A stretch of DNA of 64,000 nucleotides from Patescibacteria group bacterium (GCA_028864875.1 JAGWLV010000001.1:8288-72287); one strand, 5' to 3'; shown: positions 18,652 through 27,418, counted from the first letter of the stretch. Notes: a model not told the origin generated them from the sequence alone. Made by a program: numbers and translations.

Positions 18652-18667
18652 GACCGTCCATGTTGAT

Positions 18668-18705
18668 AAAAAACCGCCGGCTGACGCCGGCGGTTTTGCT
18701 TTCTA
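18668..18705. terminator. Bidirectional rho-independent terminator between wHTH gene and rpsA
   Basis: aaaaccgccggc-tga-cgccggcggttttgctttc. Confidence 0.7.
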
Positions 18706-18707
18706 AA

Positions 18708-19802
18708 TTATTTTTTTGCGCCTGAAAAGTTGAGCGCCATGCGCATGTCCTTGGGCTCAAAGAGCGCAATGGTAAAGGGGTAGCGCTTGCCCAACTCCAA
18801 GTTGCGGCGCAGCGCCTCCTCGGAGCCGAATTCGGAAACGTGCACCAAGCCCGCGATGCCCTCCTCGATGCTCGCCAGCGCGCCGTGCTTGTTAAACTTG
18901 ATGACCACGCCCTCGACCTTGTCGCCCTTTTGGTACTTCTGCGCGCTCGTAACCCACGGGTTGTCTTTGAGCTGCTTGACCGACAGCGAAATCTTGCCGT
19001 CCTTGATGTCAATTATTTTGACCTTGATGCGCTCGCCGACCTTAAAGAAGTGCCGCGGATCGTCGACGAGGCCCCAGTCGATTTCAGAAATATGCACGAG
19101 CCCTTCGAGACCCTCTTCGAGCTTCACAAAAACGCCGAAGTCGACCATGCCGGTGACCTCGCCCTCCATCGTGTCGCCCACGGCGTAGGTTGCAACAAGC
19201 TCGCGCTTTTCTTTGTCGTCCTGGCCCTTCTCGCTGAAAATAAGTTTGCCTTCTTTGGGTTCGGCACCGATGATGGTGACGCCGAGGCTCTGGCCAACAA
19301 GCTTGCGCAGGGCTTCAAGAATTTTGTCCTTGTCGCCGTCCTGGACGCGCGGGTAGTGCTCGGGCTTCAGCTGGCTTGCGGGGATAAAGCCCGCGAGCCC
19401 CTGCCACTCGACGATAAGCCCACCCTTGTTGGCCTCTTTGATTGGAAGTTGGAACTGCGTTTTGTTTTTGAGCGCCTCCTCCGCCTGGGCCCACATAATT
19501 GCTTGGCGCGCCTCCTTGAGCGAGAGCTCGATGTAACCGTCTTTGGTGCGCAGTGAGAGCACTTTGGCCGCCACCGTGTCGCCCAGGTTGGTGCGCTTAA
19601 TCACTTCGCGCGCGTTGAGGTACTCGCGGCCGAAGATGACCCCGGTGCCGAAGGGCGGGAGGTCGATGTAGAGCCGCGCGCGCTCGAGCGCAATAACCGG
19701 GCCCTCGACGATGTCACCGACTTTAGGCGGCGTCGCCGCGCGCTCCAAAAAGTCCTGCATCACAGATATAACTCCCTCTTGTTTGAGTTCAGCAGCTTCC
19801 AT
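18708..19802 (-). CDS. rpsA: 30S ribosomal protein S1 (4 S1 domains, 364 aa)
   Basis: Four tandem S1 RNA-binding domains (GxV, fGvFV, GLvHiSE motifs). Confidence 0.9.
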   Translation of the reverse strand: MEAAELKQEGVISVMQDFLERAATPPKVGDIVEGPVIALERARLYIDLPPFGTGVIFGREYLNAREVIKRTNLGDTVAAKVLSLRTKDGYIELSLKEARQAIMWAQAEEALKNKTQFQLPIKEANKGGLIVEWQGLAGFIPASQLKPEHYPRVQDGDKDKILEALRKLVGQSLGVTIIGAEPKEGKLIFSEKGQDDKEKRELVATYAVGDTMEGEVTGMVDFGVFVKLEEGLEGLVHISEIDWGLVDDPRHFFKVGERIKVKIIDIKDGKISLSVKQLKDNPWVTSAQKYQKGDKVEGVVIKFNKHGALASIEEGIAGLVHVSEFGSEEALRRNLELGKRYPFTIALFEPKDMRMALNFSGAKK

Positions 19803-19899
19803 ATTTGTTGTTGTTGCCCCTGGTCCCGTGTGCTGTCCGGATTAATCCTGGTGGCGTTAATAAAGAGACTGCTCTTTATTGATAGCGACTATAGCACAG

Positions 19900-19934
19900 C
19901 CTCTGTAGAAAAAGCAAAACCCCCGCCCAAGTGT
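19900..19934 (-). terminator. Rho-independent terminator downstream of the porin-like small gene
   Basis: cccccgcc-loop-ggcggggg hairpin, followed on the minus strand by ttttgctttt. Confidence 0.6.
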
Positions 19935-19983
19935 GGCGGGGGTCTGTGGGTTGTGTGCCCAGTAGCTCGACGACAGACCGTCG

Positions 19984-20289
19984 TCAGCCCGGGTTGTACT
20001 TCGGGTCGGTGCCGAACGGCGCGCCGAGCGTGATGGTCTTGGTGTGAACGACCAGGCCAGCACCGGAAGCGTTGATGATCGGTTCGACCGGCATGTTCAG
20101 AACCGTACCACCGTCGAGTTTCAACACCGTGTCAGCGCCCGGAATGTAATAGAATCCGGTGCCGTAGAGACTGGAGACCTTCACATACTGGACCGGCTTG
20201 GCCTTGACGGGAAGATCGGCAGCGTACGCTCCGGCAGTAGCGACGAGACCCGCCGCCGTGCCCAACAATAGGCTCTTCACCATCTTCAT
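19984..20289 (-). CDS. Small secreted protein (101 aa); N-terminal 60 aa resemble Rhizobiales Porin_2-family OMPs
   Basis: SD GAAAGGA 6 nt upstream of ATG; signal peptide MKMVKSLLLGTAAGLVATAGAYA then ADLPVKAKPVQYVKVSSLYGTGFYYIPGADT, recalled as closely matching Bradyrhizobium/Brucella-type porin N-termini; remainder unrelated; own terminator. Confidence 0.55.
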   Translation of the reverse strand: MKMVKSLLLGTAAGLVATAGAYAADLPVKAKPVQYVKVSSLYGTGFYYIPGADTVLKLDGGTVLNMPVEPIINASGAGLVVHTKTITLGAPFGTDPKYNPG

Positions 20290-20492
20290 GGTGTATCCTT
20301 TCTCGCTTGTACGTCGTCTGGTCCTGTATAGCCAGGCACTTTTACTCTACACAATTAAGACCTCAGTCGCTAGGGGAGGGCGTGTATAAGAAAATGCCCC
20401 CGCTTGGTGATTCAAGCGGGGGCGGGGGACCATGCAGTGTCCTTTGGTTGTGCCGGTAATCACCCCGGCGGCGATTAGGCCGACCAGCCGGA

Positions 20493-20744
20493 CTAGGCCG
20501 GACAGTTCCGGTAGCTGCCGATCGTGGAGTTGATGGTACCGGTCACCGGGTCGCGGGTCACCTTGTTGACGGAGCCGAAGACGGCGCCGACAACGGCCGA
20601 GCCGAGCGACAGCGGACAGGTCAGGACGGAAGCGATGGTCGCTTGCTTGGGCTGCGCCTTCTTGGTGGCGTGCTTGGCGAAGGCCGGATTTCCGAGACTC
20701 AGGGCGACCGCCGCGGCGGTTGCGAGCAAAAGGACTTTTTTCAC
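20493..20744 (-). CDS. Small secreted protein (83 aa), hypothetical
   Basis: Perfect SD AAGGAGG 8 nt upstream of GTG start; signal peptide MKKVLLLATAAAVALSLGNPAFA; two Cys in mature part. Confidence 0.5.
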   Translation of the reverse strand: MKKVLLLATAAAVALSLGNPAFAKHATKKAQPKQATIASVLTCPLSLGSAVVGAVFGSVNKVTRDPVTGTINSTIGSYRNCPA

Positions 20745-21391
20745 GAGAAGAACCTCCTTGGTTTCAAGCGCCCTAAAGACGCGCCCGCACCTTACATGAA
20801 GGCGCTATGCAAGTCAAGACTCATAGTGAAAGCCCCCGACCTGCAACGCAGGCGGGGGCTCAGGTTGGCCGGAGTCGCACTCGCCGGCCGTGCTCTCAAC
20901 TGGAGCGTTTCCTCCCGCGACTAACTTGCGTGGTGGCCTAGGCGGCCATCGGCACTTGTTCGGTCTTTGGTTCGAAGTCGAAGCTCATTTGATTGCGCCT
21001 CATCACGAGCTCCTGGTAGTCCTCTTCGGACCGGATGCCCGCTTGGAGCACCGAGTCCGGTTCGATACCGTGGATGCCATACGCCTTGCCTTGCGGCACG
21101 GTGTGGCCCCGCAGACTTGTCGTACTCATCGAAGTGGATCCTCCTGCTATGGCCTTCCCGTATATGAAAAAGGCCGAAGAACTGCTCCATGCATCATCCC
21201 CAGGGTTATACACACCTGTAGGGCACGGACTGGAGATAGTAACCCACCCCTAGTGAGGTGTCAATGAAGCGGGGCGGGCAAAGAAAAAGGCCGGTAGTTT
21301 TTGTCCCTCCCGGCCTTCTTTACGTGCTATACGCTACACGTACGCAGTACTTGTACAAAACGCTTGTGACTCAACGCAAACGCTACATTAC

Positions 21392-21497
21392 GCGTGGATT
21401 TATGATGATACAAGGAGTGTATAAATAGTCAATGAAGACAAATGTGGATAACTCCCGACATCTGTGGATAACTTTGGCCGACGGGAAAAGTGGATTG
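21392..21497. promoter_or_regulatory. DnaA-box cluster (two perfect TGTGGATAA 9-mers plus two 1-2-mismatch boxes) next to an AT-rich stretch
   Basis: TGTGGATAA at 21443-21451 and 21463-21471; GTGGATTTA at 21394-21402; AGTGGATTG at 21489-21497; about 38% GC segment at 21340-21440. Confidence 0.55.
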
Positions 21498-21529
21498 AAA
21501 ATAAGGCGATTTTTTGCTAAAATGGTGAG

Positions 21530-22150
21530 GTGGTAATCAACTACGCAGGGGGGCAGTGCTTCAAGGTGAGCCAGGGGGACTTGACCCTGGCATTTAATCC
21601 GCCCGGCAAGGGGAGCAGCCTCCAGGGCTCCAAGTTCGGTGCCGACGTCGCGTTTGTGTCGCTCGACCACCCGGACTTCAACGGCACAGACAACGCGCGC
21701 TTCGGCGAGCGCGCACCTTTTTTGGTACAGGGCCCCGGCGAGTATGAAATCAAAGGCGTCTCCGTGCGCGGCTACGGCACGCCGACGACCTACGCCGGAG
21801 AAAAATCAATCAACACGGTGTACTCCGTGCAGCTTGAGGGGATGAAGCTCTGCTTCCTCGGCGCACTCGGGAGCCCGGAGCTCCCCGCGGCCGCGACCCA
21901 AGAACTCGACGACATCGATGTGCTCTTTGTGCCGGTCGGTAACAAAGACGTGCTCGACTATGCGCAGGCGTACAAGCTTGCGGTAAGCCTCGAGCCCAAG
22001 GCCGTCATCCCCATGCACTACGACACGGCGACGCTCAAGAGCTTCCTCAAAGAGGCGGGGGCCGAAGGCACAAAGCCGGTAGAAAAGCTCACTATCAAAA
22101 AGAAAGACCTCGAGGGCAAGGAGGCCGAAATAGTCGTGCTCCAATCCTAG
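21530..22150 (+). CDS. MBL-fold metallo-hydrolase
   Basis: Metallo-beta-lactamase-like fold with UlaG/YtnP-like layout; GTG start. Confidence 0.65.
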   Translation: MVINYAGGQCFKVSQGDLTLAFNPPGKGSSLQGSKFGADVAFVSLDHPDFNGTDNARFGERAPFLVQGPGEYEIKGVSVRGYGTPTTYAGEKSINTVYSVQLEGMKLCFLGALGSPELPAAATQELDDIDVLFVPVGNKDVLDYAQAYKLAVSLEPKAVIPMHYDTATLKSFLKEAGAEGTKPVEKLTIKKKDLEGKEAEIVVLQS

Positions 22151-22379
22151 TATGTACACGCGTTACATTACACACATGCACACGCGCACACCCCACCAGC
22201 GGCGCAACCACGCACTCCTGGTCGCGGGTGGACTCACGATACTTTTGGCGCTCGCGTGGCTCGCGACACTCCCGCTGCGCACGGCATCGGGCACCGCGCT
22301 CGACCAGGGACAGCAAGACGCGTCGGCGGCGGTCGGCAATGCCACACTCATCGTTCCGCAAGACTCTTCTCAATAACTC

Positions 22380-24926
22380 ATGGCCAAGGACGATAAAAAA
22401 TTGCCGCCCGCAAGCGGTGACATAGGCGATGACCCGTCTCGCCGAGGCGAAGCCGAGGCGGAACACACGGGCATAGTCCTGCGCAACATTTCGACCGAAA
22501 TGCGCGAGGCGTACCTCGACTACGCGATGTCGGTCATCACAAGCCGGGCCCTCCCCGATGTGCGCGACGGACTGAAACCCGTGCACCGCCGCATCCTCTA
22601 CACTATGCACCGGCTGGGGCTCACGCCGACGAGCCGCTTCCGCAAATCGGCGCTGGTCGTCGGTGACGTGCTCGGCAAGTACCACCCGCACGGAGACTCC
22701 GCGGTGTACGACGCGATGGTCAAGATGGCGCAAGAGTTCACCATGCGCTACCCGCTTGTGCTCGGCCAGGGCAACTTCGGTTCAATCGACGGCGACGCCG
22801 CCGCGGCCATGCGCTACACCGAGGCCAAGATGTCGCCGATGGCGATGGAGTTGCTGCGCGACTTGGAAAAAGAGACCGTCGACTGGCTCCCGAACTACGA
22901 CGGCACGCTCAAAGAGCCGAAGGTCCTCCCCGCAGCGGTGCCGAACCTCCTCTTAAACGGCACGCTCGGCATCGCGGTCGGTATGGCGACCAACATCCCG
23001 CCGCATAATCTTAAAGAACTCTCCGACGCTATCATCCATCTCATCGACAACCCGAGCGCGACGGTTGAAGACTTGATGCAGTTTGTGACGGGGCCGGACT
23101 TCCCGGTCGGTGCGGTGGCATTTAATAAAAAAGACCTCCTCCACGCATACTCAACCGGCCGCGGGCCTGTGTCGGTGCGCGGTGTTGCAGACATCATCGA
23201 GGGCAAAAAAGGCGACTTCCAAATCATCATCACCTCGATCCCGTACCGGGTTAATAAAGCCGACCTCATTGTGCGCATCGCCGACCTGGTCCACGAGAAA
23301 AAGCTCGAAGGCGTGCGCGGCTTGCGCGACGAGTCGACCACAGACGTCCGCATTGTCGTCGACCTCAAGCAGGGCGCCCACCCGCAAAAAGTGCTCAACT
23401 ACCTCTACAAGCACACGTCGCTCGAAGACCCGTTCCACTTCAACATGGTTGTGCTCGTTGACGGCGTGCCGCAGACGATGTCCCTGAAGGGCATTTTGCA
23501 GGAGTTTATCAAGCACCGCCGCACGGTGGTCGGGCGCCGCAGCCAGTTTGACCTCAAAAAGGCACAGGACCGCGAGCACATTTTGGCCGGCCTCAAAAAG
23601 GCGCTCGATCACATCGACGAAGTCATCAAGACTATCCGCGCGAGCAAGGATGTCGCCGAAGCGGAGGTCAACCTCATCAAAAAGTTTAAATTTACCGAGC
23701 TCCAAGCCAAGGCAATTTTGGAAATGCGGCTCAGCCGGCTCGCCAACCTCGAGCGCAAAAAAATAGAAGACGAGCTCTCCGAAGTGCAGGCGGCCATTGC
23801 CGAGTTGAGCGACTTGCTGAAGAGCGAAAAGAAGATGTTCGGCGTGGTCAAAAAAGAAACACAAGATATTTCGGCGAAGTTTGGCGATGAGCGCCGCACC
23901 AAGGTGCAGAAGGGCGCCGCGGGCATCATCTCCGAGGAAGACATGGTCGCCGATGCCGAGCAGGTGCTCACGCTGACCGCGGGCGGCTATATCAAGCGCA
24001 CCAACCCGGAGGAGTTCCGCCGCCAAAAGCGCGGGGGTGTCGGCGTCATAGACCTCAACACCAAAGAGGAGGACTTTGTCACCACATTCCTCACCACCTC
24101 GACCCACAGTGACCTGTTGTTCTTTACCAACGCGGGGAAGGCGTTCCAACTCAAGATGTATGAAATCCCGGAGGGCAAGCGCTCGACCAAGGGCAAGGCG
24201 CTGGTCAACTTTCTTTCAATCGGTACGGACGAAGCGGTGACGAGCATTTTGCCGATGCGCAAAGAATATAAAGGCGACCCGTCTCGCCGAGGCGAAGCCG
24301 AGGCGGGGCGCTACCTTGTATTGGTGACCAAAAAGGGGACTATAAAGAAGACCGATGCGGCGGCGTTCCGCGATGTGCGGCGCTCGGGCTTGATTGCGCA
24401 GAAGTTGCAAAAGGGCGACGAGTTGATTGCGGCGCTGTTGGTAGAAAAAGGCGACGATATCTTTTTGAGCTCCGCGAAGGGGCAGTCGATACGGTTTAAA
24501 GAGGCGGACGTGCGCGCGATGGGCCGCGCCGCCGGAGGCGTGCGCGGGATGAAGCTCGGCGCGGGCGACTCGGTCGTCGGGGCGGACGTGGTGCCCAAAG
24601 GCAAAGCGGGCGACAAGCTCGAAGTGCTCGTCGTATCGCGCAACGGCTACGGCAAGGCGACCCCGACGACCGACTACAAAACCCAGGGCCGCGGCGGCTC
24701 GGGCATCAAGACCATGAGTGTGACCGCGAAGACCGGCCCCTTGATCACCTCGCGCATCATCTCCCGCGGCGAGGGCGGGGAGGAGGAGATAGTGGTCGTG
24801 TCCAAAAAAGGCCAAATCATCCGCACGGGGCTCAACGAAGTCAAAACCCAGTCCCGCGCCACGCAGGGCGTGCGCATCATGCGCCTGCGCGACTCCGACT
24901 CCATCGCCTCCTTCGTTTGTTTGTAA
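22380..24926 (+). CDS. gyrA: DNA gyrase subunit A
   Basis: [31 protein letters not shown] signature with catalytic Tyr region, QRDR-like segment, C-terminal beta-pinwheel repeats. Confidence 0.95.
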   Translation: MAKDDKKLPPASGDIGDDPSRRGEAEAEHTGIVLRNISTEMREAYLDYAMSVITSRALPDVRDGLKPVHRRILYTMHRLGLTPTSRFRKSALVVGDVLGKYHPHGDSAVYDAMVKMAQEFTMRYPLVLGQGNFGSIDGDAAAAMRYTEAKMSPMAMELLRDLEKETVDWLPNYDGTLKEPKVLPAAVPNLLLNGTLGIAVGMATNIPPHNLKELSDAIIHLIDNPSATVEDLMQFVTGPDFPVGAVAFNKKDLLHAYSTGRGPVSVRGVADIIEGKKGDFQIIITSIPYRVNKADLIVRIADLVHEKKLEGVRGLRDESTTDVRIVVDLKQGAHPQKVLNYLYKHTSLEDPFHFNMVVLVDGVPQTMSLKGILQEFIKHRRTVVGRRSQFDLKKAQDREHILAGLKKALDHIDEVIKTIRASKDVAEAEVNLIKKFKFTELQAKAILEMRLSRLANLERKKIEDELSEVQAAIAELSDLLKSEKKMFGVVKKETQDISAKFGDERRTKVQKGAAGIISEEDMVADAEQVLTLTAGGYIKRTNPEEFRRQKRGGVGVIDLNTKEEDFVTTFLTTSTHSDLLFFTNAGKAFQLKMYEIPEGKRSTKGKALVNFLSIGTDEAVTSILPMRKEYKGDPSRRGEAEAGRYLVLVTKKGTIKKTDAAAFRDVRRSGLIAQKLQKGDELIAALLVEKGDDIFLSSAKGQSIRFKEADVRAMGRAAGGVRGMKLGAGDSVVGADVVPKGKAGDKLEVLVVSRNGYGKATPTTDYKTQGRGGSGIKTMSVTAKTGPLITSRIISRGEGGEEEIVVVSKKGQIIRTGLNEVKTQSRATQGVRIMRLRDSDSIASFVCL
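22441..22471 (+). repeat. 31-bp direct repeat copy 1 (gacccgtctcgccgaggcgaagccgaggcgg) inside gyrA
   Basis: Exact match to 24276-24306; encodes [10 protein letters not shown] in frame in the N-terminal tail. Confidence 0.8.
24276..24306 (+). repeat. 31-bp direct repeat copy 2 inside gyrA
   Basis: Exact match to 22441-22471; encodes [10 protein letters not shown] in frame in the C-terminal domain. Confidence 0.8.
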
Positions 24927-24933
24927 ACAAAAT

Positions 24934-25674
24934 ATGCCCGAGCCTTTTTCTCCTACACCAAGTCCTGCTCCCGAACCTCAACCTGGAATCAACAGGTCAA
25001 TATCTTCTGTGGATCAGCCCAGAGTGTATAGAGCCGTACGAGCTGTTGGAGTGGTTAAGCCGATGTTTAATCCAACAAACCAACAGTTTGGAAATAACTT
25101 TCAAGTTACTGGGACAGCTTTTTGGCTCTCAGAGTACCGAGTTTTGATAACTTGTGCCCACGTGGTCCAGGGATTATTGCTGGGAGACGCAGTTCAGACA
25201 GGACTCCTGATGATTGGTAACATGGGTGATTATAGTAGAGCGGCCATTGCTTCCCTCGATTTAGCCCATGATTTAGCCGTTTTAAAAATTATTGATAAAC
25301 CCGATTCTTTTATAGATAGTGAAGCAAAGACAGGGGTTTCTATTTTGGAGCGCTACCCTCAAGTTGGTGAGGCTGTAGCATACGCCGGCTTTCCGCTCGG
25401 TTCTCAACTACTTAACTCAGCTCATGCCCCCACATTTTCTGATGGTGTAGTAGCAGTACAGTTGAGAGAGTCTCCTCTTAGAAAAGAAATTCAAGTTACT
25501 GGTGCTGTCGTGGGAGGCTATAGCGGAGCCCCCGTGGTTCTTAGAGAACCAGACTCGAGTCGCCTGATTGGAGTGTTGGCGCGCGGCCCAAGTTCTTCAG
25601 AGACACAAGGCAATATATTTATGGCCATTTCCTGGGAGCACGTTAAAGCCATAGCGGAGTTAGCGACCTCCTAG
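24934..25674 (+). CDS. Trypsin-like (S1 family) serine protease, low-GC gene
   Basis: Catalytic triad context TCAHVV (His), DLAVLK (Asp), GYSGAPV (Ser); GC about 48% versus about 65% in adjacent gyrA. Confidence 0.75.
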   Translation: MPEPFSPTPSPAPEPQPGINRSISSVDQPRVYRAVRAVGVVKPMFNPTNQQFGNNFQVTGTAFWLSEYRVLITCAHVVQGLLLGDAVQTGLLMIGNMGDYSRAAIASLDLAHDLAVLKIIDKPDSFIDSEAKTGVSILERYPQVGEAVAYAGFPLGSQLLNSAHAPTFSDGVVAVQLRESPLRKEIQVTGAVVGGYSGAPVVLREPDSSRLIGVLARGPSSSETQGNIFMAISWEHVKAIAELATS

Positions 25675-25810
25675 TTTTTGCTGAAACTTTGCAGCTTCAT
25701 CCAAGTTTTATATTACGGACAGTGCGGTGAGCGGGGCCGCTTCGGCGGGATGCATAGCGCCGACGGGGCCCGGCTCACTAGGGAGCTTGGGCATAACCAA
25801 GGAGATGGCT

Positions 25811-25969
25811 ATGTCACAGTACAAGCGCGGCCGTTTCGATGGTGAAAACCGCCGCACGTATCGACCGCCGCACGATGGGTTTATCGAGCGGGTGTTCCAA
25901 AGCCCACGGCAAGCCCGCGACCGCGGCAACTACCGCTCCGGGTATCGTCACGGCCGTGGTTGGTGGTAA
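25811..25969 (+). CDS. Small Arg/Gly-rich basic protein (about 52 aa), hypothetical
   Basis: AAGGAG SD immediately upstream; MSQYKRGRFDGENRRTYRPP...GYRHGRGWW; strong terminator follows. Confidence 0.5.
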   Translation: MSQYKRGRFDGENRRTYRPPHDGFIERVFQSPRQARDRGNYRSGYRHGRGWW

Positions 25970-25987
25970 TCCTCCCCGCCACCAACC

Positions 25988-26024
25988 TCCGCCCGCCTCT
26001 TTACGGGGCGGGCGGTTTGTTTTC
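25988..26024 (+). terminator. Rho-independent terminator
   Basis: ccgcccgcc-tctttac-ggggcgggcgg followed by tttgtttt. Confidence 0.7.
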
Positions 26025-26048
26025 ACTATGATATATCATAGTGAAAAC
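26019..26048. repeat. 30-bp perfect palindrome gttttcactatgatatatcatagtgaaaac (core recurs inside miaA)
   Basis: Self-complementary 30-mer; 19/20-bp core CACTATGATATATCATAGT(G) also at 42148-42166. Confidence 0.8.
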
Positions 26049-26112
26049 AGTACTGGAAAAACGCCGGTCACAGTGCTAGGGTGGGGGCGGCTGCAGGAGT
26101 GGGAGAAGTCTC

Positions 26113-26340
26113 ATGTTCTGGCTCAAGCACGGCCTTATCGTCGCAGGCATCATCGTTTTTCTTGTAGTGATGTTGGCTCTCGGCATTGTCTACAAGCCGG
26201 CGGGCGTCCCCAGCACCGCCGCGGGGTGGGCGTTCATCCTCCTTGGGGTAGGAATCGTAATCGAAATAGTCTACGGCATGTTCGACTTTGCCAAGGAAAC
26301 TTTTCGGAGCCTCCCTATGCAAGACATCGACAGCCGCTAA
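26113..26340 (+). CDS. Small membrane protein (75 aa), hypothetical
   Basis: Two hydrophobic helices; ORF only. Confidence 0.4.
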   Translation: MFWLKHGLIVAGIIVFLVVMLALGIVYKPAGVPSTAAGWAFILLGVGIVIEIVYGMFDFAKETFRSLPMQDIDSR

Positions 26341-26395
26341 TTCAAATAAAGAGGCCCGGCACAGTGCCGGGCCTTTTGCGCGCTACAATAGCTCC

Positions 26396-26737
26396 ATGAT
26401 TTTCAACTGGGCGCTCTATATTGTGCTCGCGGCGCTCTCTTATATAGGTATCTCGCTCATGGGACAGCTCGGCGGCGCGCCCGCCTCGGGGACGCTCGGC
26501 GTGCTCATCAATGCGTACAAGCCGCTCACGCTCCTTGTTATGCTGGTGGCCAACGGCTTGTGGATTGTGGCGGTGTACTACGGTTTACAAGAAACACGCA
26601 CCGCCATTCCGGCCGCGATTGCGCTCGGCGTTGTGGTGAGCTTTGTATACTCGCTCGTATTTTTGGGCGGCACGGTCACCCCGCTGCGGGTGGGCGGACT
26701 TGTGCTCATCCTCGCGGGCATCTACCTATTGGCGTAG
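26396..26737 (+). CDS. Small 4-TM membrane protein (SMR/EamA-like fold?), hypothetical
   Basis: 113 aa, four hydrophobic helices, size and topology of small multidrug-resistance-like half transporters. Confidence 0.5.
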   Translation: MIFNWALYIVLAALSYIGISLMGQLGGAPASGTLGVLINAYKPLTLLVMLVANGLWIVAVYYGLQETRTAIPAAIALGVVVSFVYSLVFLGGTVTPLRVGGLVLILAGIYLLA

Positions 26738-26794
26738 GTACGCAGCACTGGCTTTTGCTATACTCAATCCGAACAGCCCTTTGGAGGTAGCAGC

Positions 26795-27133
26795 ATGCTC
26801 ACAACACGGTTTTGGCGCGCTCCGCGCCCCGGCGACAGGCGCCACGGTTTTAGCGGCGCAATCTCAAACAGTATCGAAAAGCTCAACGAGCAGTCCGCAA
26901 AGCTCGCGGCGTATACGGCAGAGCGCAAGGCGGCCGCCGCGCGCGCGGACGCGCGCGAGCGGGCGGAGGATGCCGAGCGCCGCGAGCGCATGGTCGAAGT
27001 GGCCAAAGCGGTGCCCACCATCATCACTCAAGATGACAAGCGCCGGGTCACCATGACCCCGCGGGGTAAAAAGGTCAAAACCCGCACCAAGCGCACCGCG
27101 CAAAAGTTGCGGCTTACGCGCACCAAAAAATAA
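26795..27133 (+). CDS. Basic Ala/Arg/Lys-rich protein (112 aa), hypothetical
   Basis: GGAGGT SD 6 nt upstream of ATG; coiled-coil-like ERKAAAARADARERAEDAERRER; C-terminal KRTAQKLRLTRTKK. Confidence 0.5.
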   Translation: MLTTRFWRAPRPGDRRHGFSGAISNSIEKLNEQSAKLAAYTAERKAAAARADARERAEDAERRERMVEVAKAVPTIITQDDKRRVTMTPRGKKVKTRTKRTAQKLRLTRTKK

Positions 27134-27234
27134 TCCCCGGCTTCACGGCCGGGGATGTTGCTCGGTGGACAATTCATTTGACGCTGCAGCGGGCGGCGGT
27201 ATGATTGGGGCGGCTGGGCAGTGGAGGCATTACT

Positions 27235-27372
27235 ATGTCAACACTTGATGTCGGCCGCTCGATCACAGAGCGCACAATCACGGTCGGCACGTTCTACCGC
27301 AACTGGCACTGGATCTCAGCGCTGACTGCGGCGGGGTTTGCGGCTCTGATTTACGCCCTTGGTCCGATTTGA
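27235..27372 (+). CDS. Small membrane peptide (45 aa), hypothetical
   Basis: GGAGG SD 7 nt upstream; single TM WHWISALTAAGFAALIYALGPI; terminator follows; below ORF-track size cutoff. Confidence 0.4.
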   Translation: MSTLDVGRSITERTITVGTFYRNWHWISALTAAGFAALIYALGPI

Positions 27373-27376
27373 TACC

Positions 27377-27418
27377 GAAAGCCCGCGCCGGTTCTACCGG
27401 CCGCGGGCTTTTGCTTTA
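27377..27418 (+). terminator. Rho-independent terminator
   Basis: aaagcccgcg...ccgcgggcttttgctttat. Confidence 0.65.

Noticed and set aside
20938-21213. 91-aa minus-strand ORF, and the overlapping 72-aa plus ORF, in the rpsA-gyrA spacer
   Set aside because: Neither has a convincing RBS, start codon or motifs. The region is better explained as non-coding, candidate oriC-adjacent DNA.
23151-24149. 332-aa minus-strand ORF inside gyrA, and several other 100-240-aa antisense ORFs in gyrA
   Set aside because: They are antisense to GyrA and have no motifs and high-GC codon bias.
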